From positions 5,766,001 through 5,830,000 of the forward strand of contig CP089275.1 of NCBI GenBank assembly GCA_023920165.1: a stretch of DNA of 64,000 bases, in the 5' to 3' direction. The notes beneath the pieces are model-generated. The model was not told the DNA's origin, did not search any database, and saw only the letters and a program-made list of their open reading frames with translations. Positions 22,070 through 32,428 of this stretch are shown here, piece by piece (position 1 is the first letter of the stretch; each line of letters starts with the position of its first letter). The position numbers and the translations under genes are program-made. Source of the stretch: Curvularia clavata (Eukaryota).

Positions 22070-22408
22070 TTATCCAGACCGAGATCCGAATGCCCTTGCG
22101 CTATAGCCCAAAGTGATGCACTTGCCGACTTGGAAGGCGTTTTCCCGTCCATCTGCCCACCAGATCCTGCGAGCAGAGCCAACACAGTTTCCGACGTCGT
22201 AGAAGTCTGCCTTCTGGAGGTTACCACCAAGATTCAGGATACGGAATGATTGAGTCGCGGGAATGTTCTGATCACGGCAAGTGTTGTCCCACACATTGAC
22301 GTCTTTCGCATCACCTGTGCAGTCTTTGCCAGAGAAGGCGGTGAACTTGTAACCAAGAGCTCCCGAAGAGAGACCAAGGAGAGCGACTAAGGTAGATGTG
22401 AAGTGCAT
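22070..22408 (-). CDS. Small secreted cysteine-containing protein (112 aa), effector-like
   Basis: Signal peptide MHFTSTLVALLGLSSGALG, 4 Cys, intronless, next to the retrotransposon. Confidence 0.8.
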   Translation of the reverse strand: MHFTSTLVALLGLSSGALGYKFTAFSGKDCTGDAKDVNVWDNTCRDQNIPATQSFRILNLGGNLQKADFYDVGNCVGSARRIWWADGRENAFQVGKCITLGYSARAFGSRSG

Positions 22409-24348
22409 GATTGTTGTTGGTATCTTAGGGGTAGCTTTGTGCTAGGAATGAGATTGTAAGGATTTGAAGATATGGTGATGATGAGATGAATGTAAGTTTG
22501 GTTCTGTCTCTTAAGAGGAGACATAGCTAATATATATACTTCAAGATTCAAAGGTGACAGAGGACTCTGTCGACAGAGTTACGTAACTCCATGTAACCTT
22601 TCTGATATATTATTAACAATTTCGTCATAGAAGTGCCGTCCACTGAACTTGGGTTTTCTTAGCCAACATCGATATGATGAGTTTTAACCTAAAAAATATG
22701 AATATGTTGACTATTGACCCAAAAGGGTGCGTATACAAGCTCGACTAGTCTCTAGTGGCGACTAGTGATGACTGTGTAGAAGATAGAACCTGAGTCTTAT
22801 GCCAAGATATGCTACGTAAACAACCTGAATTAGCCCGCCTCTATATTGTTGGTTTAATGCGAGTCAAGCTCACCCGTTGGTGACCAGTGCATACTTGCTT
22901 ATTCTGCCAAATCCCTTAATTGAATGAATGATTCGGAAGGACACTGTATGTGTCTGCGAATCAGTCTTCTGCCTTTGGGCGCAAGTGAGAGTCCAGGTGC
23001 AAGCGTGATATTTTGTTTCCATGTTTCCAGTATCTTTCCGACCAAGGAATGGTTTCATTTACGGTTTATGTAATTTTCTAGTATATTGAGTGACGAGATT
23101 ATTTGGTCGAACACGACGAGTCGCCCTGCAAGCCACCTACTCTATTGTATCTTTTTCGGTACGACAGCTATGACGCGGGCTCAGATTTGTTGGATACCAC
23201 GATGAACTGGGTTCGCAAAGCCCCACGTTGGCGTAAGCCACGTGTTGGCCGGACGAATATAATCAATTTTCAAAGATCCTTGTGTATATGCAAACTCTAA
23301 TTGGCACACAGATATGGGGAAAGATCTAGTCTGACTATTAGCTGTTCTGTAATAACTTAGTTGGAATTAGCGCTATTAGAAGTGGATGCGGCTTAGATGT
23401 TGGCTATGCAAATAGATGTGGAACAACTCTGACTATGATCGAACAAGAGCGCCAAGCTTGCTGGACAGATGCGCGCTTAGCGGGTGCGTGCATCACCACG
23501 GGGATGACTTGACAACGCCTATTGGCTGCCCTGTTGGGAACATTCCAGGCATCTACCATGTCCACATCTGCCAATGTAAGGCAACCCGCAATGGGTACAG
23601 CAAACCTTGGCTTAGGGCCTGACCAACATGAGGCGTAAATCGAACTCCGATATGTGCCGTAATAAGACTAGTGTTGAGGATGAGGCTTTATGCGTCTGCC
23701 GAGGCGGAAATGAGTGTACAGCATTAAACGATGATATAGGAATGCGGGATCTCATTCACTGATTGTAGAACTCAGACCTCGTCCACAACCTCAACCTAGT
23801 AGCTTTAGATCTCTCTAAGAAATATGCCAGCGAGTTACTCGCGTGTAAACAATACACAAGGCGCCTTACCTACGTCAATACAAATACGTCAACTATTGTG
23901 GCCACTTCTACCAACTTCTCAAATTCAGGCTACTATTTCCAGAGCGAAAGCGCTGAGGACGTGGTCCTCTTCAAGATCACGACTAGCTTTAGACATTATG
24001 GTCCAATCTTCTACTATACTGCACGGCTTAAGTGAGCTCAACTCCTATAACGAAAGATTAGTCTCGAAAGTTTTGCTAGATAATTTGACCCTCCGAAATC
24101 ACTTAGTAGACACTACTGAAAGTACTATCGGCATCTGCCACTATCGCAGAATGTCTCTTTGGGCGTTTGAGCTAGTTAGGGGCTAACTCAATTCATGGCG
24201 TTCCGGGCGACTCAAACTTCCTATTTGCTAGACTCTATCTAGCCTTCCGGAATTCTTTGTATGAGAACACTAATGAAATTAATTGTAAATATACTGCTAG
24301 GTGGCAGCGACTAGAAGGAAATAAGATTGATGTTACTATAGCGAGCTC

Positions 24349-24913
24349 ATGTCAGGTAGTACTTAACGCACTAACAATGTGTACGCCAGCGAATGGTCGC
24401 AAGTTATAGCTATTATAGTCCACGGATCACTATATATACTTTATTTCGATATAAGTATGCTTAGTAAACAATAGCTAGGCCTAGGCGATATACTCAACGG
24501 CCTGCCAACTACCAAGGACATGCCATTTAATGCGTACTAGCGATAATATGACCTAATCTACCCATATGATACCCGTGTCAAATTCCTCTACAAGATATAT
24601 AATCAGGCCAATAGAGTATATCTACTGTAGATATTCAAGCTAAATAGCTTATCTGGTACTAGTAAGTCTACAGTAGCGCAGACAGTAGCCGCACAGCAGT
24701 ATAGACAAGATTGGTTTGTGGCGAGCTTCTTCTTATTGTAAGATGGTAGAGAAGATGGGTATTAGCATAGCGCAAGGGGATTTATAGTAACTATTATAGT
24801 ACGGCTTACTAATAATATATATAGTGTAAAGTAGATAATATAGAAACAACATATTTATCTAGCGAGCTAGTTAATAAAATAAACTAGTTACTCTATTATA
24901 ATCTTGTTAACTT
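24349..24913 (+). pseudogene. RIP-degenerated NACHT-domain (HET-E-like NLR) gene relic, abutted by the Fot1 insertion
   Basis: The frame from 24487 reads DILNGLPTTKDMPFNAY*R*YDLIYPYDTRVKFLYKIYNQAN...IFKLNSLSGTSKSTVAQTVA...FVASFFL. This parallels the HET-E-type consensus (TRVxLL...IFWLNGLAGTGKSTIARTVA...LGASFFF), with G>A/C>T decay. Confidence 0.7.
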
Positions 24914-24915
24914 TA

Positions 24916-26777
24916 ACGTACCTCACGGGTTCGCGGTCCACACGGGTTCGCGGTCCACTTTTGCCAAGACCCCACCAAAATACCTACTACCCACAAATGT
25001 TACAACAACAACAGCAGTTACAGCCTTCTAGTGAATGTCAAATACAGCTTGCTCTTCAAGCTCTCAAACAGGACGCGAATCTCTCAGAACGACGCGCTGC
25101 AGCTCTTTATAACGTCTCTCGAACAACACTACGTCAAAGACGCGACGGACGGGATTCACAAGCAGATCGCAGGCCTAAAACAATGAATCTAACTAAGCTT
25201 GAGGAGGAGGTGGTTGTTGAGCATATTCTTGATCTTGGTTCACGTGGATTTCCCCCTAGGCTCGCAGATGTGGCTAATATGGCCAATTCCTTGCGCGCTG
25301 AGCGCAATTTGGGCCAGGTTGGCCAAAACTGGCCCAGCACATTCGTTAAGCGCCGCCCTGAGCTTAAAGTAAAGTTTAATCGCAAGTATGACTACAAGAG
25401 AGCACTCTGTGAGGATCCTAAGGCTATTCAAGACTGGTTTGGCCTAGTAGCCAATATGAAAGCCAAGTATGGTATCCAAGATGACGACACGTACAACTTT
25501 GACGAGACAGGCTTTATGATGGGCCAGATTACCCCTGGAGCAGTTGTTACAGCTTCAGAGAGACGTGGACGGCCAAAGACTATCCAGCCTGGCAATAGAG
25601 AGTGGGCGACGGTTATCCAGGGCATCAATGCGACCGGGTGGACGATTCCGCCCTTCATCATACTTAAGGCGCGCCACCACCTCTCAAGCTGGTACAAAGA
25701 TGGAGATATACCCCAGAACTGGGTTATTGGAGTCTCTGAGAACGGCTGGACGACCAATGAGCTTGGTCTTGCGTGGCTAAAGCACTTTGATGAGCATACA
25801 AAGAAGAAGGTGGTAGGTACCCACCGTCTACTCTTTATTGACGGCCATGAGAGCCACAACTCGCTGGATTTCCAAAAATACTGCAAAGATAACAAAATTG
25901 TTACTCTTTGCATGCCTCCACACTCGTCTCACCTCTTACAGCCGCTTGATGTGGGCTGTTTTGCCCCTTTAAAGCAGGCCTATGGGCGCCAAGTCGAATC
26001 GCTCATGCGCACCCAGATCAACCACATCACCAAACAAGAGTTCCTACCTTGCTTTAGGCGGGCTTTTGACGCATCATTTATAGCTAGCAATGTCCAAGGA
26101 GGGTTTCGAGGCGCTGGATTGGTCCCATTTGACCCAGAACGGGTCATATCCGCCCTTAATGTCCAGTTGCGCACTCCATCACCCCTACCTGTCGATACCC
26201 AGCCCTGGCTGTCGCAAACCCCGAGGAATACCCTTGAAATAGGGTCGCAATCGACGCTAGTGAAGCAGAGGATTCAGAGGCACCTAGACAGCTCACCAAC
26301 GTCTATGGTGGAGGCTTTTGAGAAGGTCTCAAAGGGGGCAGCTATTATCGCGCATAAGCTAGTGTTGGCACAAAAACGGATTAGTGAGCTTGAAGCAGCT
26401 AACGCAGCCGCCACGCGACGAAAATCGCACAAAAGAAAGCGGGTTCAGGCAGAGGGGACCTTAACAGTTGAAGATGGGGCGCGCTTGACTGCTCTCCAGG
26501 ACTTTGGGGTGCGTAGTGATGGGAAGAAGTCAAAGAAGCAGAAGCGCGCTGAAGTGGGTGAACCGTCTCAACGGCGGTGTGGACGGTGCAATAGGACTGG
26601 GCATAACGCGCGAACGTGTAAGAATGAAGCAGAAGTAGGCTCTGAATAGTATTTTATGTTTTTTTGCATTAAACTGGCCAAGGTTGGGCTGTATTAGGCC
26701 ATAATGTGGTGGTTTTGGTGGGGTCTTGGCAAAAGTGGACCGCGAACCCGTGTGGACCGCGAACCCGTGAGGTACGT
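24916..26777 (+). mobile_element. Intact Fot1/pogo (Tc1/mariner superfamily) DNA transposon
   Basis: Perfect 65-bp TIRs (24916-24980, 26713-26777) starting ACGT, each with an internal cacgggttcgcggtcca duplication. TA target duplication on both sides. Length 1862 bp. Confidence 0.96.
24997..26649 (+). CDS. pogo/Fot1 DDE transposase (550 aa)
   Basis: HTH regions, YNFDETGF, LFIDGHESH, HLLQPLDVGCF and a C-terminal CGRCNRTGHNARTC knuckle. Uninterrupted. Confidence 0.95.
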   Translation: MLQQQQQLQPSSECQIQLALQALKQDANLSERRAAALYNVSRTTLRQRRDGRDSQADRRPKTMNLTKLEEEVVVEHILDLGSRGFPPRLADVANMANSLRAERNLGQVGQNWPSTFVKRRPELKVKFNRKYDYKRALCEDPKAIQDWFGLVANMKAKYGIQDDDTYNFDETGFMMGQITPGAVVTASERRGRPKTIQPGNREWATVIQGINATGWTIPPFIILKARHHLSSWYKDGDIPQNWVIGVSENGWTTNELGLAWLKHFDEHTKKKVVGTHRLLFIDGHESHNSLDFQKYCKDNKIVTLCMPPHSSHLLQPLDVGCFAPLKQAYGRQVESLMRTQINHITKQEFLPCFRRAFDASFIASNVQGGFRGAGLVPFDPERVISALNVQLRTPSPLPVDTQPWLSQTPRNTLEIGSQSTLVKQRIQRHLDSSPTSMVEAFEKVSKGAAIIAHKLVLAQKRISELEAANAAATRRKSHKRKRVQAEGTLTVEDGARLTALQDFGVRSDGKKSKKQKRAEVGEPSQRRCGRCNRTGHNARTCKNEAEVGSE

Positions 26778-28393
26778 TAACTAATTTATATAATGCCAGT
26801 ATAGCGGGTGTGCATTAGTTCCTAAGTCCACGTTGGTAAGTATAGAACGAGCTTCATCTCATGCTCACTACTGAACCGATCCGATCCGGTATGTAAGGCA
26901 TGACCCAGTTGTGAATGTAAGGCTTTGGGAGCAACCATTGGAGATGAAAATGAGCAAGAGTGCACATGAGAAGCAGCAGCAGCGTTAAGACATCACAAGT
27001 TCTGGTCCTTTGAGCACTTGAATAGAGAAGGTATAGTTTAGATTATCTTAACAAATAAATTCCTAAAAGGCGTCTCGTTAGCCTAATTCTAAGATCTCGA
27101 TCACCTCAAGTAGTCATTGTACGGACACCGCCAAAAGGGCCGACCGGATAAGATTTCTAATCATACGACTGTATGCACATCTTGCGACTGTGTATCAGGT
27201 GGATCGATCACAAAGTCTGGTATCGGCTTTAACTTGGTGGTAGAGTGGAGCGTAGGGCTGTGTTCAGCCCAATCCAAGACTTTACCAGAATTACTTCAGC
27301 TGCTTCCATCACTTTGTGAGCTCGTCTACAGCGTAAGCGCGCGAAGCATTAGGGAGCTCCGCAGCTTTTCCGTTCACGACGAAGTCCGGTGTCGCTGATG
27401 TGCATTGTCCTATTAGAGCTGTCCTTTCGGCTTTCAGTGCGTATTAAGAAATATTACAGTAAAAAAATTATTTCCTAGAGTAGTAGTATAATGCGAAAAG
27501 AGTTATATATAGAATTACATCTAAATAGATAGAATATTAACAACATCTTATCAAAGACTAAACCTAGTAAGCTTTCTATTAGGTATTGCGTAGCTTCGTT
27601 ATTGCAGTATATTACCGCGCGGGATGCGGCTATTTAGGCTTGAATGTATCTTGATCGAGCTTATATAATAGATTAGGCGAGAGCATCTTATGCTCTGCTA
27701 GCAGTTCTGATTCCCGTGACGTTGGTAGGACCGTACAAGGCATTACATGTCGATATTTTGCCTGCATGATGTAGAAAGGTATCACGTCGGAAGCCTTAAG
27801 AAGCAGAAATTGCACTCCAAACGTGTCGGTTCAGAAGGCGACTGCCTCGATTGGTTTGCGCACGCTGACATTCCTTCCATGCCATCGGTCAAGACACGGC
27901 GAGCAAACTGTCGGAATATGTCCGCCATGCTATTGCGCTGTTATAATCACTTCTCTTCATTAGAATCGAGCTAGGTAATCTCTAGTAACTCAGCGACCCC
28001 ATGTTATGTGACTTCCAGTGGGTTCTGATTTTGTTAGGTATGAGTTTCTGTCAATAGGAACCATGTTTCCGGTGGTAAAGCTAGTCATCTTCGAGGACTT
28101 CTATCGCCATTCCTTAGATACGCTGTGTTCAATATTTTCGAGAGGTCATGCATTGCTGTACTGGTCACGATGTCAGTAGGGATGGATGATCAGCACCCGA
28201 TGGGAAAAGTGTCAGCATCCAATTAAGCTGACCATACCTTCACACTCCCCTCATCAAAATTTTCAACTTATGTATACAATTGGAGTGTATAATAATTGTC
28301 ATACAGACGACATTCTGTGATAGTTTCAGGAGGTACCCTCGAATCTGTACCGCTCTCGCAAACGCCCATTCAAATTAAACCGAATTAACAACC

Positions 28394-29611
28394 ATGTCTT
28401 TCCCTCAACTCAACTACGCCGACTACATCAGCGGAGACCCCATCCGCCGAGAAGCCTTCGCCAAAGCGATTGCACATAGCTTTGAAGTTTATGGGTTCGC
28501 TACGGTTCGTGAACTTTGGCATTCCACCGCACCATGACATGCAGTCTTTTGACATGGATACAACAGGTTGTGAACCATGGGGTGGCAGAGGAGGATATCA
28601 ATCAGGCTTTCAGATATGTATGGACCATAGTATGAGATTGATGATCTTGCAATGTCACTCACAAAGCCCATAGAGCCGCGAATTCTTTGCACTGCCCCAC
28701 GAAGAGAAGATGAAGTCTGAACACCCACCCCAATCAAACCCACATAGGGGCTACAGCTGGGTGGGGCAGGAGAACCTCTCATCCCTGACGCGACGCGACC
28801 GCGGGCTCGCGCCACTCAAAGAAACCAAGGTAACACTCTTCAGCCCGGCGCATTCACTCTACACATGTATACTGAAACATTCGACCAGGAATCATGGGAC
28901 CAAGGCGCCACCGACGACGAGTTGAACCCTAACCTGTGGGCAGCCACTGAATCACTCCCTGGATTCCGTCCTTTCATGGAGAAGTTCTTCAATACGTGCC
29001 ATGAAGCAGAGGAGCGACTCCTACGCGCCGTTGCTGTGGGTCTGGGACTCGATGAGACACACTTCGATGACAAACTGACGGATCGGGTTAACGAGTTCCG
29101 TCTCACGCATTACCCGCCCGTGCGCAAGAGCGACATCAGCCTCGAAATGGGAAGTCAGACGCGCACCTCTGAGCATACGGATTTCGGTACTATTACATTG
29201 CTTTTCCAGGACTCTGTGGGAGGGCTTGAGGTGGAGTCGCACAAAGAGCAGGGTGTTTTCCATCCCATCACGGCAGCTGCGCCGACCATGGTGATCAACA
29301 TTGGTATGTTTCTACTGGAAAATAGATTTATTTTTGGCTGTTTTTGTTGACACTGAGTAGGCGATTCATTGCAGAGGTGGACAAACGACCGCCTTAGATC
29401 AACGGTTCACCGCGTCACCGTTCCCATAAATGGAGATGCAATGGATGACGATATTGTCATTCCGTCGCGTTACTCAGTCGTCTTCTTTGGAAAGCCGAAC
29501 CGAGATGTTAGCTTATATCCCTTCCCAGAATTCTTAAAGGACAAAGAAAGTAAGTATGAAGATATTACAGCAGGCGAATACAACCAGAGGCGCTTGATTC
29601 GGGTCTATTAA
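28394..29611 (+). pseudogene. IPNS-like 2OG-Fe(II) dioxygenase A, with apparent frameshift and splice lesion in exon 1
   Basis: Motifs NPHRGYSWVGQE, HTDFGTITLLFQD, TVHRV and RYSVVFF, and the later introns are canonical. The frame from ATG 28394 stops at 28535-28537 while the conserved VNFGIP segment is in the +1 frame. Confidence 0.7.
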
Positions 29612-31152
29612 GTGTATGTTAGGGCCACGTAGATAGACTTGTAGCTACATTCATCAATCTGCACATTTACTCTACCCAGATGGCTTGCTCACAACATAAA
29701 GCCTCCTGATGATGCAATGTATCCTCCAGGTCCAACATTATAGCTCTGCCATGTCCCTTCCAGCCCTTTAGAGAATATAGCGCATTCGATGATTCACTGC
29801 TAACAAGAGTTTCATATCCAGCCCGGTACTGTATCATTCGGGTACAATATCACAACATGTTCATCGACTTTTAAGACAAAGAAATGTAAGGTAAAGCTAG
29901 ATACAGTTGATAAAGTACAATGATATAACTAGTTGGTAAGAAGATGTCATTACATTGCGTACAGATATTCAATAATCACTATAGCATTTTTGAGCTACGA
30001 ATTTACCAAAGAACGGATGACCGCATTTCGAAATATATATCTCTACATACCCAATCGCAATCTAAGCATCCGGATGACCAGCCCGGATTTCCAACTGCGC
30101 CATCATGTCCACCTGGCCAAACTAACTTAACACAAAATCAACATGCTTCCTCCCAATTCTGGCATATCTTAAAAACACTCAGCTTGGCGTACGCCTTGAA
30201 AAATGTCATACCAATTCACTAGCCCTCATAGATTGCCCGCGTGTCGGCGACGCAGTTTTTTCGATATGGAATGAGCACTCAGACGCCTACGACGCCTTTG
30301 TTTCACCTGAGACACCGAAGTAGTCGTTCCCCGTTTCTGTTAAATAGTTCTGTTCAGAGCCAAGACATCCTAATAGAGCTCTATCGAAGGTCATGTGCGA
30401 TGATTGACGGCAAAGCGTAGTAATATTGAGATGGTAACTCGTTACCATGGAACATGACTGCGACGAAGTTGTCGCAGCTTTCGCATGCTATGCTGCACGA
30501 GAAGGTTGCTCAAGAGGAAGATATCGGATGGCGAATTGGTGGTTGGTAGGCAATGAGAGTATCGCTTTGGATCCGTACAGAGAGATACGTAGGCTCGACT
30601 CCCGTACGAAAGAGGTTTTTGTACAAGGGGTATGTCGGTTCAAGACTTGGAGCTCAGGGTGCGTATAGAGATTACAATGCAAATCTGTGTGGACTGTTTT
30701 GTATGGTTTGGTAACTCAGTGTTCTAGGAGGCAGGGGTTCTCAAAATTGTACATGGTTCCTGACTCTGTAGACTCTCGGCAAAGTGTCAGGCTGGCGAAC
30801 ATGTGTATAATCACTAGAGTGCTGTTGTTAGATATCGCTGCGAAGTCGATCATGAGGTTGAGTGTCAGCTTGTCAGCTTGTTAACTCGTTGTCAGCCACG
30901 CTGACTCTTCAGACTATGCGGCGCAAGGGTAGAAAAAAAAAGTCAGAAAACGCTCTAAGCTCTCTAGAGGAATATGCAATGGAATAGTAAGCTTTGGTGA
31001 CATCACCTATGTGGAGGACAAATCTGTAACTGTTGTGTGGGCACCCAATTTGGCATGGTGAAGTGTGCACAACAAAGAACGGTTTGTCTACTGCACAGCG
31101 CCGCCCAAACCATACCTGTCTTGCCCAGGACAAGAAGTTTTTACAGTTGCCC

Positions 31153-32297
31153 ATGATAGCCTCCGATGTTGAAATGTACACCTGCAATACGTGCTCTTGT
31201 ACCTTCGATTGCAGCGAGCTTCAACGATCGCATATGCTTGCGCCTTGGCAGTGCGATATGTTTCCTCATATATTGTACATGTACTAATGATGTTTGCAGC
31301 ATATATAATGTGAAGCAGCGCATAATCGAGATGCCAGCCTTGACTCTGGAGCAATTCGACGCCCTAGCTCAGCCTGAGGAAGGTTCCAATCATAAGATGA
31401 GCAAGGAAGATTATACGCGAGCTACACCAGAATCCAAGTTTGAATCCGAGGAAGAGAATGAAGTGGACAAACAAACTTCTCCTTCAGAGTGTCTGTTTTG
31501 CAATATCGATTCGTTCAACGTAGAAGACAACGTTGAACACATGCGTTTTACTCACGGACTATATATACCTGAGGCCGACCAACTATCTGACCTGGAGACA
31601 TTCATCGGCTACCTTGCATTCATCATTTACGAATACAACGAGTGTCTTTACTGCGGAGTTGAGAAAAATAGTCTGGAGGCGATCCAGACACATATGAAAG
31701 ACAAGGGCCATTGTATGATCAATTTAGACAGTGAATCAGAGCTTCTGGATTTCTGGGACGTTTCTGGCGACGAAGACAGTGAAAAGCAAAGAGATGTGGA
31801 GAACGAGACCAGTAATGACAATCGATTTCATGTCTCTGCGACTGAAATGCGACTCCCGTCTGGTTCCATCATCACCTCGCGCTCTGATACTGCTCAGCTC
31901 CGTGCGAAGCCAACGCTCACCAAGTCGAGGGTCAAGGCTTCGCAGAAACGGATCAAGAGGGATAGGGTAAAAGCTATAACAAATGGGACCGAGGACAAAC
32001 CTCAAGCACCCGACAACAACCGGTCTATGCGCACACAGCCCGGCAAAGATAGTCGCGTGGCTGTTCGCGGGGAGAGGGGACTTATTGGCTTGCCTGAAGA
32101 ACGAAGGCACGCTTTGATGGTGGCAGAGATCAAGATGAAGAAGCGCGAGCATATCGCCAAATCGGCACAGAGATGGGCTACGGAAAAAGTTGCAAATAAG
32201 CAAAAGTTCTTCAAGGTATGAGATGTTTTCCAGTGATTATCAAGAACATTCACTAACAGCACCGCAGACAGACGTGCCGGGGAGGAAAAATGGCTAA
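31153..32297 (+). CDS. REI1/ZNF622 (pre-60S factor)-like, TRI15-like C2H2 zinc-finger protein (about 347 aa)
   Basis: Exons 31153-31250, 31300-32215 and 32268-32297. Motifs CNTC...HMLAPWHIYNVKQR, CLFC...HMRFTHGLYIP, ECLYC...HMKDKGHCMI and EMRLPSG. Confidence 0.85.
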
Positions 32298-32428
32298 ATA
32301 TTGGATGCGTGTTTTCAACCTCTCACTGTTGATTGGTGATTAGAACATCGCACGATGGCAGAGAATCAACTCCTTTTCCATATTTGATAAATACAACAGT
32401 GTGGAAAAGGTGTAAATTTTGATCAAAG

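Noticed and set aside
23824..24186. 120-aa plus-strand ORF upstream of the NACHT relic
   Set aside because: No motifs, and it lies in decayed, TpA-rich sequence.
24924..24958. Short direct repeats that resemble CRISPR or iteron units (also 37933-37964)
   Set aside because: They are internal repeats of pogo TIRs in a eukaryotic context.
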